DNA from: Paraspadella gotoi | Lineage: Eukaryota > Animalia > Chaetognatha | Assembly (NCBI GenBank): GCA_051294375.1 | Contig: CM119269.1 | Span: 10,832,883 to 10,896,882 of the forward strand | Direction: 5' to 3' | DNA: 64,000 nucleotides | Shown here: piece by piece, positions 13,396-25,851 of the stretch | Position numbering within the stretch: position 1 is the stretch's first letter | How the letters are laid out: every line of letters starts with the position of its first letter | The notes under the pieces: generated by a model | Seen by the model: the letters and a program-made list of their open reading frames with translations, nothing else | Database searches by the model: none | What the model was told of the DNA's origin: nothing | Translations under genes and position numbers: made by a program

Positions 13396-15391
13396 ATGCG
13401 GCTAAAACGACGAACGACGAATGGCGCCATAGACAAACACGATGGCGCTACGATTGACGGCAACGCCAAGGCCCACGCCCATGTTGCGCCAATTCCCTGT
13501 CCCCTCCTCGTCACGGACGTTGTTCGATGGATTCGTAATTCGTCGTCAACATCACGACGAAATCATAACAACGATCTTACTCGCTCCTTTCCCGGCGCCC
13601 TATGTCCGGCGCTCTTTCCCAACGACAGCGGCGCCGACTCGGTCCGCGGCGTCATGGCGACGAAGCGGATCGTAGCCGGCAGCGTCTTGATCCGTCTTCC
13701 AGTCTCGGCGATGATTACTCCGGCGACGGTTCTGCGCGAATCGAAAATCGGCGCCGCGATTCGACGCTTGGCGGGCGCCGGGGCCGTCGACGACGCCGGA
13801 CGTCAGACCCAAACTCCTCTCACGCCTTTCGAGACCCTCTGTGCCTTTTTGATCTACGAATCCAGCGTCGAGGATTCCGAGTGGGCGCCCTACATGGCCA
13901 CTATACCGGCGTCCTACGCGCTTCCGGCCTTTCTCGATCCTTCGGCCTTCGAGGACTTCCCCCGACGACTTCGACCGAGATTGGCGGAGGAGCAGCGCCG
14001 GTTGAAACGAACTTTTCGTCGGCTTCGGAGGTTGGAAAAGGTTTTCGAAGGGGCGTCGAAAAGCGGCGCGGTGGGTGAAGAGTTGCGGCGCTGTGGAGAA
14101 AGACCGGGCCAAACAGAAAAGAACGAAGAAAAGAAAGGGCGGGAAAGAACGACGAGGCAAGAAGGAAACAAAGCGGGCGGAGAAAAAGAAAAGGAAAGGA
14201 AAGGAAAGAAAGACGAAGAAGAAAAGGAGCAAAGCGCCGACGGAGACGTTCAATATTCATCGTCGGAAACTCGACGCCTCCCGCACGAAAACGAAGCGAG
14301 ATGCGAAGGTTTCGTGGAAAATGTCGCCGACGGGGAGTTTGCGTCGAGAGATCGAAAGGAAGATCGAGTTTGTTTAACGAATTGCGGACTTTTCACGTCC
14401 TCTTTGGATGGAACTGAACTTACTTTCGGTGAGCTTTCTGCGCCACGCCCATCTACAAAGTTACTCTCGTCGTCTTCTCCACCCGCTCAACAGTCAACAT
14501 CAACTACTGAACCGCAACCTCATTCATTCCAACTGCCACCACCTCGATCCTCACCGCCACCTCTCTCTCGGCCTCTTTTAACTTGGGAAAGAGTTTTATG
14601 GTCTTACGCAACAGTGAACACGCGATCCGTCTTTTACGAGGACGATGATTCAAGCGCTAACAAGATCCTGCTTGTCACAGGTAAGTTTCCTCTCAACGAA
14701 ACCCTTAGTCAAAGAGAGAGAGGGAGAGAGAGAGACACAGAGCGGGCGTAGAGGAAGGGAATAGGAAATGTCGAGGGCGAGTTGTTTGCATAACCGGTTT
14801 ACGTCACTCACGAAAGGCATGTGAGAGAAAGAAAGAGAAAGAGAGAGAGACAGACAGACAGATACAGACGGACAGAGGTAGACGAAAATGAGAATCCGAA
14901 AGAAAATAACAAAATTTCGTTGTTTCCTCAACGAAATTATCGATGGTGCCGAGGTAATATTTTTTCTTATTGCGCACGCTGGCGTGTATACGTGCGCTCT
15001 TTTCGTGAAAAAAAAAACACTAGAAAATAGCGAGTTTGAAAAAAAAATAGAGAGAGGGGGGAGGAGGAGAGAATAAAGGAAAGAAAAAGAGCGTCTAAGA
15101 ATTCGTTCGAGAGTAAGAGATTGGAAAGCGATAGTCTCGAGCCTTGAGCTTCTCACAAAAGTGGGAGGGAGGGAGAGAGAAAGAAGGAGAGAGAGGAAAA
15201 AGGGGGGGGGAAGTTCCATGCCTCATTACCTTCGAGCGAGATTTATAACGACGGATTCGAGCCGAAGGTTGTTACTCCTCGAGTTCCTGGCAGAATTATG
15301 GCGCCGAGCGACTCGGAGTTTCTTCTTGTCGCCGCCTCGACTTGTAGTAGGAATTAAAAAAGCTCCTTTGTGTGTGTGTGTGTGTGTGTGT

Positions 15392-15429
<38 letters not shown>

Positions 15430-15911
15430 CAAAAAGGTGAAACCGTGGTTAAAAAAGATATAGGGGCGGAGAAAGAAATAGTGAAAAATAAAAATTAGTA
15501 TTCCTCTCTTTCACAATTTAGATTCTTCGTCGGCGAATATCTTTTCCCCTCGGGACTATGATTACGCCGAGGGACTTTATTTCGTTTGTATCTCTTTTAA
15601 AACGTTGAAACTGTTGCGCGAAAGTCTGATGCTTAAGGAATATATTTCTTGAGACGAATTAATCAATTGTTAACGTGTAACAAATTTGCATCGTTGCTCA
15701 TAGAAAAATAATGAGAGAAAAAAAAGATTGATGTTATAAAAATATTATGAAAATTAACTAAAAAAAAAACTTTGACGGACGATAAAACTGTGAAAATACG
15801 TTTCTCCCATTTTTTGTTACCTTTTGTGAACCGAAAAGAAGTCAAGGCAAACGAAAAAAAAATACTGAGAAGGGAGGGAGGACGAGAGAGAGAGAGAGGG
15901 AGAGAGAGAGG

Positions 15912-15947
<36 letters not shown>

Positions 15948-17790
15948 AGAGAGAACCATAACTTATCCATTTTGCAGTCGCTCACCTTCCCTCACCGGCG
16001 GCACCGACGACGCCGGCTAAGACGACGCCGGCCTCGAACCTAAGCGGCGTTTCTTTAAAACGGCGTCGGTTTTTTTTCGAGCCGGCGTCAGCGACCGCGC
16101 CGCGGCGTTTGTCATGCGAAAGTGAAAAACGGGGAAAAAGACGATTTTTTTTTCTGTCTTTCTCTTTCTCTCTCCTTCTATCCGCCTGGCATTTTTTTCC
16201 CTCTCATGCCGGCAGCCGCCTTCACTCCTCCACCTTGTCGACCACCTACTTCAACCATCTCCTCTCTCTCTTCACCTTCGATTTGTTCATCATCAGCTTC
16301 AACAGCATCTTCACTATCACCATCATCTCAATCTCTTTCCATTCCTCTTTCCATCTCGTAACATTTTTTTTCTAACTTTCTTTAAATTTTCATAGTCTCC
16401 CCCCCCCTTCCCCGGCGTTTCCGCCAATTTTGATACCGATTCCTGATTCCATTTTCTTTTCGATTTCCATTTCGACTCTACTTTTTTCCTCTTCATTTTT
16501 TTTTTTTTTGAATTTTCTTTTCATGGCTTCATCTACGCCTCACTTACCTTTCACTTATAAAATTCTTTTCTTTCGAGCAGAGCGGAACTTGTCGTGATGG
16601 ATAGGCTTGCTACCAGTATCTCAATCTTAGTCGTAGCTTTTTTCAAAAGGCTTTATAATTAATTGTTCATTATAGATACGTGTCACATTAGCTGAGCAAA
16701 TAATTAATCGATCAATGCCTCGATATATCTCCCTTATTGCTGAGAATTTTGACAATTTTAGTCCCCGTTTCGCGCCTGACTCCCTCGACTAAATTTTCTT
16801 ACCCTCTCCCTTACCCTCGCAGGCGATCCCCGCTGCGGCGCCCACATCGCCCTTGCCCCTTTCCTTGATCTCCTGAATCACTCACCCACCGCGCGGACGA
16901 AGGCAGCGCCCTCAGCGGACGGAAAAGCGTTGGAGATTCGCACGTGGGACGATTATCGTCCGGGAGAACAGGTGGGTAGAAGTTACATGACGAGAAATAT
17001 TTTGTAAGAAGATGTCAAACTAATGATTAAAAAAAAGACAGCTATAAAACATATTCATAGGTAAGACATATACGTGGTAAACACCATTATCAATTATAAC
17101 TTTTTATTTGAATGGTTACATTTAAAAAAAATTGGATAAATACCAATGCAACATGCGTAGTAAAAAGATCCGCATATGAACTTCCATGTTTTTATTCTTT
17201 TATTGTATCGTTAATGGAATAAACTTGTAATATGGTTAAAAAAAGGGTTTCATGCTCTGATACCCGTTTCCCAGGTGTTCATCTCCTACGGCCCACACGA
17301 CGACGCCGCTCTCAGCCTCGAATACGGATTCCTCTCTCCTCCGAATCCCCAAGACTTCATCCGCGTTCCCGTCGAGCTCGTCGTCAATTGTCGTAGGCGT
17401 ATCTCTCTCATATCTTTCGCCGCCATTGAGCGGCGCCTCGATCTCGCCCGTCGCCGGAATTGGACGTCCGGGGTCGGGATCGATCGGCTCGGCTTCACGT
17501 GGAACGCCGTCGAGCTTATGAGGGCGCTGTGCGCCGACTTCGCCGGTTTGGAGGCGGGAAAGGGACGAGGCGCCGCCGGCGAGAACGGCGCCGGGACAGA
17601 TTGGGGCGCTGGCGTCCCTGGGGATAGACGCCTCGTGACGCCGGAGAGCCGGGCGGAATTGGTGAAATTAGGACGCGCGGTTGGGAGACGGTTGGCGTTG
17701 GGGGAGGAGGAAGAGGAGGAGGAGGAGGAGGAAGCCGCTTGGGAAAAGTTAAAGTCGGAAGTGAAAAACAAATTGAACATTTTGCAGTCT

Positions 17791-17823
<33 letters not shown>

Positions 17824-18099
17824 AATGAGGAGGAAGGGAAAAGAAGGGAAAAGGAAAAACTGGCCACTTGCGCCCTCAGTCGACGAGAAAGAGAAAAGGA
17901 GAAGAGACCCAGCCACGCCCCCGCCCGCGGTTCAGCCCGGTCCGCCGATTCCGCCGCCGCCGCCGACGCCGCCGCCGCCGCCTGGAAGACGCCGATGTCT
18001 CGAAAGGAATCAATATTCTGTCGCAAAATGGGACTGAAATTGCGACTCGTCGAAATCGATATGATCGAAAAAGCCGTCGACGGACTGGCGGAGTTGTGA
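13396..18099 (+). CDS. SETD4: SET-domain protein-lysine methyltransferase, SETD4-like, 3 coding exons, ~752 aa
   Basis: Exons 13396-14680, 16823-16971, 17275-18099 (GT-AG, in phase). Motifs RGVMATKRI, SEWAPYMATIP, WSYATVNTRS, ALAPFLDLLNHS and EQVFISYGPHDDAALSLEYGF are typical of SETD4/Rubisco-LSMT-type SET proteins. Start codon and the mid-exon-1 low-complexity block are less certain. Confidence 0.85.
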
Positions 18100-19066
18100 A
18101 GAGTGGAGTTGGAATTTAGGTGTGATGGTGGAGGGGGGAGTGGGGTAGCGAGGTGAATGGTTTTAGTGCTGGCGGCATTGGTAGTGTCCCTACGCCGACT
18201 CTTGTGCCGATGATAAAGACAAAAACGAATTTGCTAATTTATTACTCAACCGCTCCGCCCATTTTCATTGTTTCTTTTGTTCTCGAGCCTATTCAAAAAA
18301 ATAGTTTAAGAATTGTTAATAAATAATTTTCATTGTTTCAAACATTTTTTCTTTTTTTTTGTCTTCGCCGACTCGTCCTCGATTCTCCGCTCGTTATTTT
18401 GCATACGAACGCCTGATGAAAATGACCTCGCCTCCGACGGGGGAGCGCAGGGCGGCGGCGGCTGCGGCGGCCGGCGTCGCTTCCAGGGAGCCTGGTTATC
18501 ATCACAAAGGAAGACGCGGCAGCAGGAGATGGGAGAATGGAAAATAGGGATCGAGGAAAGGGTGGAGAAGTGGTTGGAGAAAGAGGAATGAAGGAAGGGA
18601 GCGAAATGAAGTAAAAGAACAGACGAGTATGGAAGCTTGGGGGGGGATGCGAACTAGAAAGGCTTAGGGCTGAGATGAATAACGGCATTCGTATGCAAAT
18701 TCCCACCAACAACTTGACACGCGTTTTTCTTCCAAAACCAAAAAAAAAAAAAAAAAAAAAAGATTTTCGGCAAAAAAAAAATCCACGATAAACTTCATTC
18801 TTGGAACGAGAGAGAAAAAAAAGTATGAGGAACATTAAAGAATTTGCGAGAAATACTGAAAAGAGGAACTAATTTCATTTTAGTTAGAGATTACACATGG
18901 GAGTATTTTTTATTTATTTATTTAAAAATATTTTACCTGTAATCCCTTGCGTAATCTTTTAATGACTCTCGAAGATTAATTTCTATAAATTAAATAAGTT
19001 AAAGAGGTTATTAGTAATTAAATTTACGTTTTTGTCAGAAAAATTTAATTAGAATTAGCTAATTAT

Positions 19067-19301
19067 TGAAGAGACAGTAATTATTGTTAAGAGTTAGTGA
19101 TAGAACCGTTCAATATAAAGCAGTCCCTGAGCTTCGGATCAGGCTGTAACACCATGTTACAGGCGGGTTAAGCGCCCCGTCCCTCTTAACTGCCAGACGA
19201 CCAGCGGGCTAGAATCCCGGACCTTTGAGTTGGGAGGCGAATGACTTGCCTCCGGCACCATGGCCGCTGATGAACGGTTGGTGGGTTTTCAGTCCACCAT
19301 A
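19067..19301 (-). mobile_element. tRNA-twister element, copy A (intact), 4-bp TSD TTAT
   Basis: Reverse complement of the 27787-28020 element; flanked by TTAT at 19063-19066 and 19302-19305. Confidence 0.9.
19120..19193 (-). ncRNA. Twister ribozyme (P5-type permutation), copy A
   Basis: Exact reverse complement of the ribozyme core at 27895-27968. Confidence 0.75.
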
Positions 19302-20168
19302 TTATCAAATTTTAGTGGATTATATGATATAACTCGATTATGAATATTAATTGCTATACCCACAAACCACTGTCATTCATAAAGTAAAAACGAGTACTCA
19401 TGCTAATAGTAAAAGCAATGGAGGTTTTTTTTATTTATTTTTATTTTTTTAATTCCGAGGTTCGGCTGCTCGGAACGCCCACTGCCGGTAAAATTAGAGC
19501 GACCGCCGAAAATGCCCTTATCTCTGCAACCGAATCGAGCGAGCGGAATTTTGGTTTCGATGACGAATGCGGGATAGGATCGACAACTATGTCGTCCGTC
19601 GTAAATCTGATAATCTGATAAAAACCAAAACGAAGAAAAGAAAGAGAAGAAGAATTCCAAAGATCGAAAAAGAATATTCAGTTTTTTTGTTGTTGGTTTT
19701 TTTTTTCTTTCTTTTTTTTTATCAAGTTTTTTTTTTTTTTCCTTCCGCGCGCTCGATTCTTCTGTTTTTCTGCTCGTTTTTTTTTTCTCTCTCTCTCTCT
19801 CTCACCCCGGTAGGCGGTTAATCGAGACTTACTTTGTTTTATTAATTCCTTTTTTTTTCGGATTCGACTTCACTAATTTTTTCTACTTCCAGTTTTGACT
19901 TGAAAAATCCTTTTTAACCACTAAGCTGCTTCGTTTTATTTTAAAAATTCCTAACAAGATTCATCGAAGAAAGAACCGTAATTGCTATTATTTCTGTTTT
20001 TTTTAGCGACTGATACAAAGGTTTTATCTTTTTTTAAAAAAAACTAAAACGATGAATAGAAAAAATCAATTATGTCTTCTATAATATGATAAGATAATAA
20101 AAGACTCGTCCTCTGTATCCACGAAGGCGGAACCGTCATCGCTGTCGATGAATATTGAATGCTAGAGA

Positions 20169-20873
20169 GTAGTGAAAGCTAAAAGTCAATTATGAACAAC
20201 ATACCATCAGTGAACATTAATTTGTAAAAAAAATTAATTTCGTTTCTTAATTTCGCAGTAGGCTATATTTATCTATAGTACTATCCTTATAAAATTGAAA
20301 AATTAAGGGGTATGGTGGACTAAAATCCACCAACCCAAAGGTCCGGGGTTCTAGCCCGGTGGCCTGCCTAGCAGTTAAGAGTGACGGGGGCGTATACCCC
20401 GCCTGTAACACGGTGTTACTCCCTGATCCGAAGCTCAGGGACGCTTATATTGAACGGTTCTGTCAAAACACATAACACTAATTACTGTCTCTTCAGGCTT
20501 TTCTTAATTTTTATTACAATTTGAATTCCTTGTCAAAAGTTGATGAAAGAAAATATAAATCATTTTTTAAATTCTTTCATTAAAAAACTATATTTAACAT
20601 ATAAAAATATAATTCAGGTTTAAACTATATTTTTCCTAATACATTGGGCTTCATATGTAACCTTTCAGACGAATCCAAACCTGCAAAAAAATCTTACAAA
20701 AAACTATTTTGAAATTTTAACATTTGTTTATTTACTATGTATAAATATGGCCTACTGCGTAAATTTTAAAATTTATAATAATTTTTTTTTCTACCTAAAT
20801 TTTCATAAGTATAATGTTCGTTCCTCACTCTTAGAATTTTAATTAAAGTTAAATTTAGAATTTTTACTGCGCT
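20169..20873. mobile_element. Inverted, degenerate copy of the Kolobok-like MITE, interrupted by tRNA-twister copy B
   Basis: Matches the reverse complement of 5933-6519 (GTAGTGAAAG...CTAAAAGTCAATTATGAACAACATACCATCAG...TTTTACTGCGC). Confidence 0.75.
20311..20495 (+). mobile_element. tRNA-twister element, copy B (internally deleted, ribozyme core mutated)
   Basis: Same termini TATGGTGGACTAAAATCCACCA ... TACTGTCTCTTCA. The 5' part of the tRNA is deleted at a CCAACC microhomology, the cleavage-site TAA is altered, and there is no clean TSD. Confidence 0.85.
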
Positions 20874-21100
20874 TGAATGAATACGTCAGGATCAGGAACC
20901 AGAATCAGGAACCAAATACTAGTGACAAACCAGTTTTTTTTTCTCACCAACTGAATCATTGACTTGAATTTTTCTCTCTTTAACTTTATTTCGAAAGCTA
21001 TTATCGACCTGTCTTTTTGAAAATGCGTTTCCGCCCGGAAAGAAACGACTGAATAAAATTTAGTCGTTTTGTCGAGAATTTGGAAAAAAACAACTAAGAT

Positions 21101-24100
21101 ATGTCGACCAAGCCAATATTGCCACCGAGAAGGTAACACATTTTGCGTCAAGTTCTTAAAGAGTAATACTTAAAGACGTCGAATTCGATAATGATTATTA
21201 ATATTATCGAAGTTTCTTATTATGTTAGCTACGACTGGTTCCCAATGTTTTTTGTATTAATAGATAAATACAGAGTCTGAACTCTGAATATTAATTGAGG
21301 AAAAGGATTACTGGTGTATTACTGGACTACTCTTTAACTATCATCGCCCACATGGTCATTTTTAGGGGCAAAAACAACCGTAAACCTTGATATGGAGGTT
21401 TAAAATGAAAAAAAAAAGTTATTATAAGAAAATTATAATAATGAGTGAAACTTGACTTATGTGATACATACAATATGTATCGTATGGTTTCGCATGGTAC
21501 TACAACGGCTGAAGCGTATTGCTCAGTAAAATACAATAAATGATTCCTTTTGCTAGACCGCCAGCAGGGTCTCCCTCCCTGCCGCCTCCTCGAATCGCAC
21601 AACGCCCCCCGCCATCTCGCCCTCTTCCGGCGGAACCTCAGAACCGCCCTCTTCCGCCCCCAATCCCGGGCGCTAGAAAAGCCTCCTACCCTGAGGAGGC
21701 GAATGACTGGTCCGACGATTGGGAGAGCAGCGACGATGTAAGTAAAAGTATCGTTGTCTCGATTATAAATAATAAATTAATTAGTAAATACATTTATAAA
21801 TTTTAAAATGTGTAAAATGTCCAATCAAAGCCTAAAACAACAAAAGCTGCGGTAAACAACGATCTTGAACCCGCGAACGAGGAAGAGGTTTGTTCCTTTG
21901 GTCTTAATTTATCAACTCACCATTAAATAACAACTTTTCGTGGTGTCTTAAATGTTTATCACGAATTTTTTTTTGAAGATTCGGAATGGGAAGCACAGAG
22001 CATCATTACTACAATAAAAATGATAAAGTTACTAATAATCACTCATCAACTTTTATGACAAAGTTTGGCTCTGGGGCAAAAAAGCTCTGCAAACAGACGT
22101 CCTCACCTAAAATATTTCGCTAATCAATAGTTGTATCTTCATTTGGAAAGCTAATGTAAAACGATAAATCTATTATCTTATTTCTTTTCTTGAGAATTAT
22201 ACATCCTCAAAGTCAAAGAAATTACGAGCTTCAGTGAACTGAATCCCCCCCCAAAAAACCCCTAGAAAACCAAAACTTGATCCATTTTCAGGAACCAGCG
22301 TTGTACTTCGAGGCGGACCAGTTGAATCCACCTCCGCCTCCAACCCCGACACCCACTCTTCCGCCTCCTAGAATCCGCCGCCCACCCTCGCCCTCTCTCG
22401 CGCCTTGCCGCGTCGGCGGCGGACACGGCCCACCCCCGAGATCTCCGGTGGGTCTAGCCGGTCCGGCAAAGACCAACCCAGCCGGGAGGGGTCCGCCCCC
22501 GCTGCCCCGACGCTCGCCCCCGGCGGAGACCGTTTCACTCGACGCGCCTCCGTTGCCAGGACCGCGACGGTCGCCGGCTGCCGTTCCGCTGACGACGAAG
22601 CAAGGAGTTAAGAGGCCGACGCCGCCCAGAGACAAGAAGCCCAAAACAGACGAGGTAAATTTGACGCGTCGCCAGTGAAAACCTTCATTCTTTTTAATAA
22701 ATTAAAAATAAATAAAACTTATGAAGACAAAAAGTTCTTCCTACGAATGACTTTAGCACAGCGACAATAAGAATAAAATTTTAACATTTTGTACAAATAG
22801 CGCTTTGATACTAACATCTTTTTGACTCAAAATCATCAGCCACATAACTTTCCTGTTCATTTGTTTGTTTGTTTTTTATTTGGGTTGAAGGACACCGACG
22901 ACTCCGGCTCGGGCTCTGCGGGATCCGCCAATTTCCTTCCATTGCCCGTGAGTTTTATTTAATTAAAATTATGATTACGTACAGGAACTGACTTAATATA
23001 ATTTTTAGTCGAGCCGTCATGAATAATTTTTTTTCCTATAAGTATAAAAAAAAAAAAAGGTTTTCCCTTTGAATTGGTGGTGATGTGGAGAACAGCTACA
23101 GATATTAATTTGTACATTTCAAATTTCAATGCTCGAGTTCTCAATTGACCGTCTATTTTCTAATTCGCTGTACGCACTACTCTTCTAGAGCCAACAAAAA
23201 TCGTTTTTGCATTCGACGCAATCGTCGATGGTGGAGCAACTAAAAAAGAAATTCGACAAGAGCGCTCATATAACCGCGAACGGTGGTAAGTAAAGATTTG
23301 ATGAATGACAACTACCGCCTCGATAAGAATCATAATTTCTATCATCATTCATCCATTGCCTATTTTGTGGACTGAGTAAAAGAAATCTTTGAGACTTGAA
23401 AGTTCAAATATGTAGAGAAATAATTAGTTTTTACAATGGGTGGATAATACTTTTCCGAGGTCTCCATGATCTACCGAGGAATTCGATCATTGGAATTCTT
23501 AATTTTAGAGCACGCGGCAGTAAATAAAAGTAAATAAAAACTAATAGTAAAATGAGTACCTTTTGTTTTAACACAAACAACATAGGACATGAAGCCACGC
23601 CTTCGTCTTTCCCGCTCCAACCGAGCCTCTCCGTACCCCGAGGCTCGCCCACAACTAGTCCGACCGCCAACTTTGCTTCTCGATCCTTGCCCAGACCTCC
23701 GACGTCTCCAATGCCGGCGTCGACGCCTCGAGCTGGCCGCGCTCCAGCGAGGCCTCCAACTCCGCCGGCGGAAGAACCCGACGATTCGGGCGACGATTTC
23801 TACGACGATGTCGACACTTTGAACGCTTACAAGTGGTGAGGAAACTTTACTTTTTAGTCGGATCTGCTCATCTGCAGATTCCGACTCTATAATTCACTTT
23901 GTCGGTCCGTCCGGCATTCACATAATGTCAGAACATCGAATTATGATATATTATGCAAAAAAAAAAACGATTTCCGTCCGTCCGTCTGTTTGTCTGTCTG
24001 CCTGTCTGCCTGTCCATCCGTCTGTCCGTCCGTCCCACCGTAGCAAAAAACTCCAATTACTCGTGATTGGAAGGATGGATTGGAATAAAATTTTGTGTGT

Positions 24101-25538
24101 GGGTAGGAAAGTGTGTGATTAAGCTGGAAATCAAGTTTCGATGGAATCGTCTGAATGAAAATGAGTTTAAATGGAAAAAACAAAAAACCTGTTTCACTAA
24201 TTGATTATGCTTCTTTTTCTTTTTATATTAAATATAAATGCATGATGTATTATTTAATCAAATAATTAATCAGTTGACTAATTAATTAGTTAATTAATTA
24301 ATCAATAATTAATTAATCGGTAAATTAATCAATCAATTATTAAATCTATCAATTATTTATCTATGAAATAATTAATTATTTAATCAACAATCAAACAATC
24401 AAGTCAATCGTTATCGGCATTATTGTCGTCGTCGCCATCATCGTCGTCGTTGCTTTTGTCGTGGGAAGTAACAAAAAGACCTAAAAACAAACATTTCGGA
24501 TCAAATTAATTTATTAATTAATTATCGCTAATGACCGTGGGCAGTTGCGACATTGTTTGCTCAAACTTGTTAAAAATTGTTTTACGAAAATTGTCACTGA
24601 TGAATGTTTAAAAAGAAAAAAAATAAGTGCAATTATGCCACATAAACGTTCGAAATTGAGAGGCACGGTTGTTTCATTAATAATTTTTAAATAATTACAA
24701 TTACATTGCGTCAGGTTCGGCGAGCGCGTGACTCGCGATGAGGCATCTACCCTCGTGAAGCGACTCAGAGTCGACGGTACTTTTGTCGTGAGGACCAGTA
24801 CGAAGGACCCAAATCTTCCTTACTCACTCACCGTGATTTATAGTGGGCACGTTTACAACCTCAATCTCAGAAAACGGTACAAACCAAAGATTGATAGACT
24901 TGATGATTTTGTTATTTTGTGTCAAATTTTTTTTTCTTCGGTGCCGACGACGTTAACGTGTCGCAATTACGAGAAAGAGATACAAGAGAGTCTTATGGTG
25001 GACTAAAATCCACCAACCGTTCATCAGCGGCCATTGGTGCCGAAGGCAAGTCATTCGCCTCCCAACCCAAAGGTCCCGGGTTCTAGCCCGGTAACCTCCT
25101 AGCAGTTAAAAGGGACGGGTCGCTTAACCCGCCTGTAACACAGTGTTAAAGTCTGATCCGAAGCTCGGCGACTGCTTACAATGAACGGTTCGGTCACTAT
25201 CATATAACAAACATTACTGTCTCTTCAGTCTGTTGCTTAAACGAACCCGTCCGCCGTGCAAGTACATTTTATTATCTGTCATGAATTTTCAACTAGTACA
25301 TAGATTTATAAACTACACAAATACGATGATACGTATTTAACATTCCTCCTCATTACTTTTCATTAGATCCGACGGGCTTTTCGCAGTTGGAAAGGAAAAA
25401 CCCAACGAGGAGACTTTCCCCACGATCCCAAAACTCATCGATTACTTCGTCACTAACAAACTCTCCCTCCAATCAGCGAAGGGGCCTTCAGGGGAGACCT
25501 GTTTAAATCAACATCCCGAAATAGACTTTCGCCGCTGA
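21101..25538 (+). CDS. BLNK/SLP-76-family proline-rich adaptor with C-terminal SH2 domain, 9 coding exons, ~456 aa
   Basis: Exons 21101-21132, 21557-21737, 21831-21887, 22292-22654, 22891-22947, 23189-23285, 23586-23835, 24715-24876, 25367-25538 (GT-AG, 1371 nt in frame). SH2 WFGERVTRDEA...DGTFVVRTS...PYSLTVIYSGHVYNLNLRKR..GLFAVGKEKPNEETFPTIPKLIDYF resembles the BLNK/LCP2 SH2. Acidic DWSDDW motif resembles BLNK WSDDF. First and 57-nt exons are less certain. Confidence 0.82.
23851..24571 (+). mobile_element. Helentron-associated (HINE/DINE-1-like) element in an intron of the SH2 adaptor
   Basis: TTTTTAGTCGGATCTGC...GCAGATTCCGACT, (GTCY)n tract at ~23975-24033, 3' GCAGTTGCGAC-ATTGTTTGCTCAAACTTGTT; starts 15 nt downstream of the splice donor. 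Confidence 0.75.
24994..25227 (+). mobile_element. tRNA-twister element, copy C, 4-bp TSD GTCT, sense orientation in the last intron of the SH2 adaptor
   Basis: Full-length element flanked by GTCT at 24990-24993 and 25228-25231. Ribozyme core 25102-25175 retains GACGG, TAA, GCC and TCCGAAGC, with single mismatches in P3 and P4. Confidence 0.9.
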
Positions 25539-25851
25539 TTTGGGCTTCCCCTTTGTTTCGAAAAATAAACTCGGATCGAACAAATTTACAAACGTTTTCT
25601 CCTTCAATCGTTATTCGATCTATCTCTCTGTATTTGGATAATGCTATTAAATTCATCGATATTCTTAATCGTGATTGTAATAAAAAAAAACTACTTTATT
25701 TAATGGTTAAAAGTCAATTTCAACAGTCTTTTAGAGAAGGGTCGAGATAGTTAATAATTTCCAATTTTTCTTGTTAGATCCGTTTATTTTGTTTTTCTGC
25801 AATTTTATTACACAGATAACCAATTTGTTTCCCACCAGTTTTTTCCTCTTT

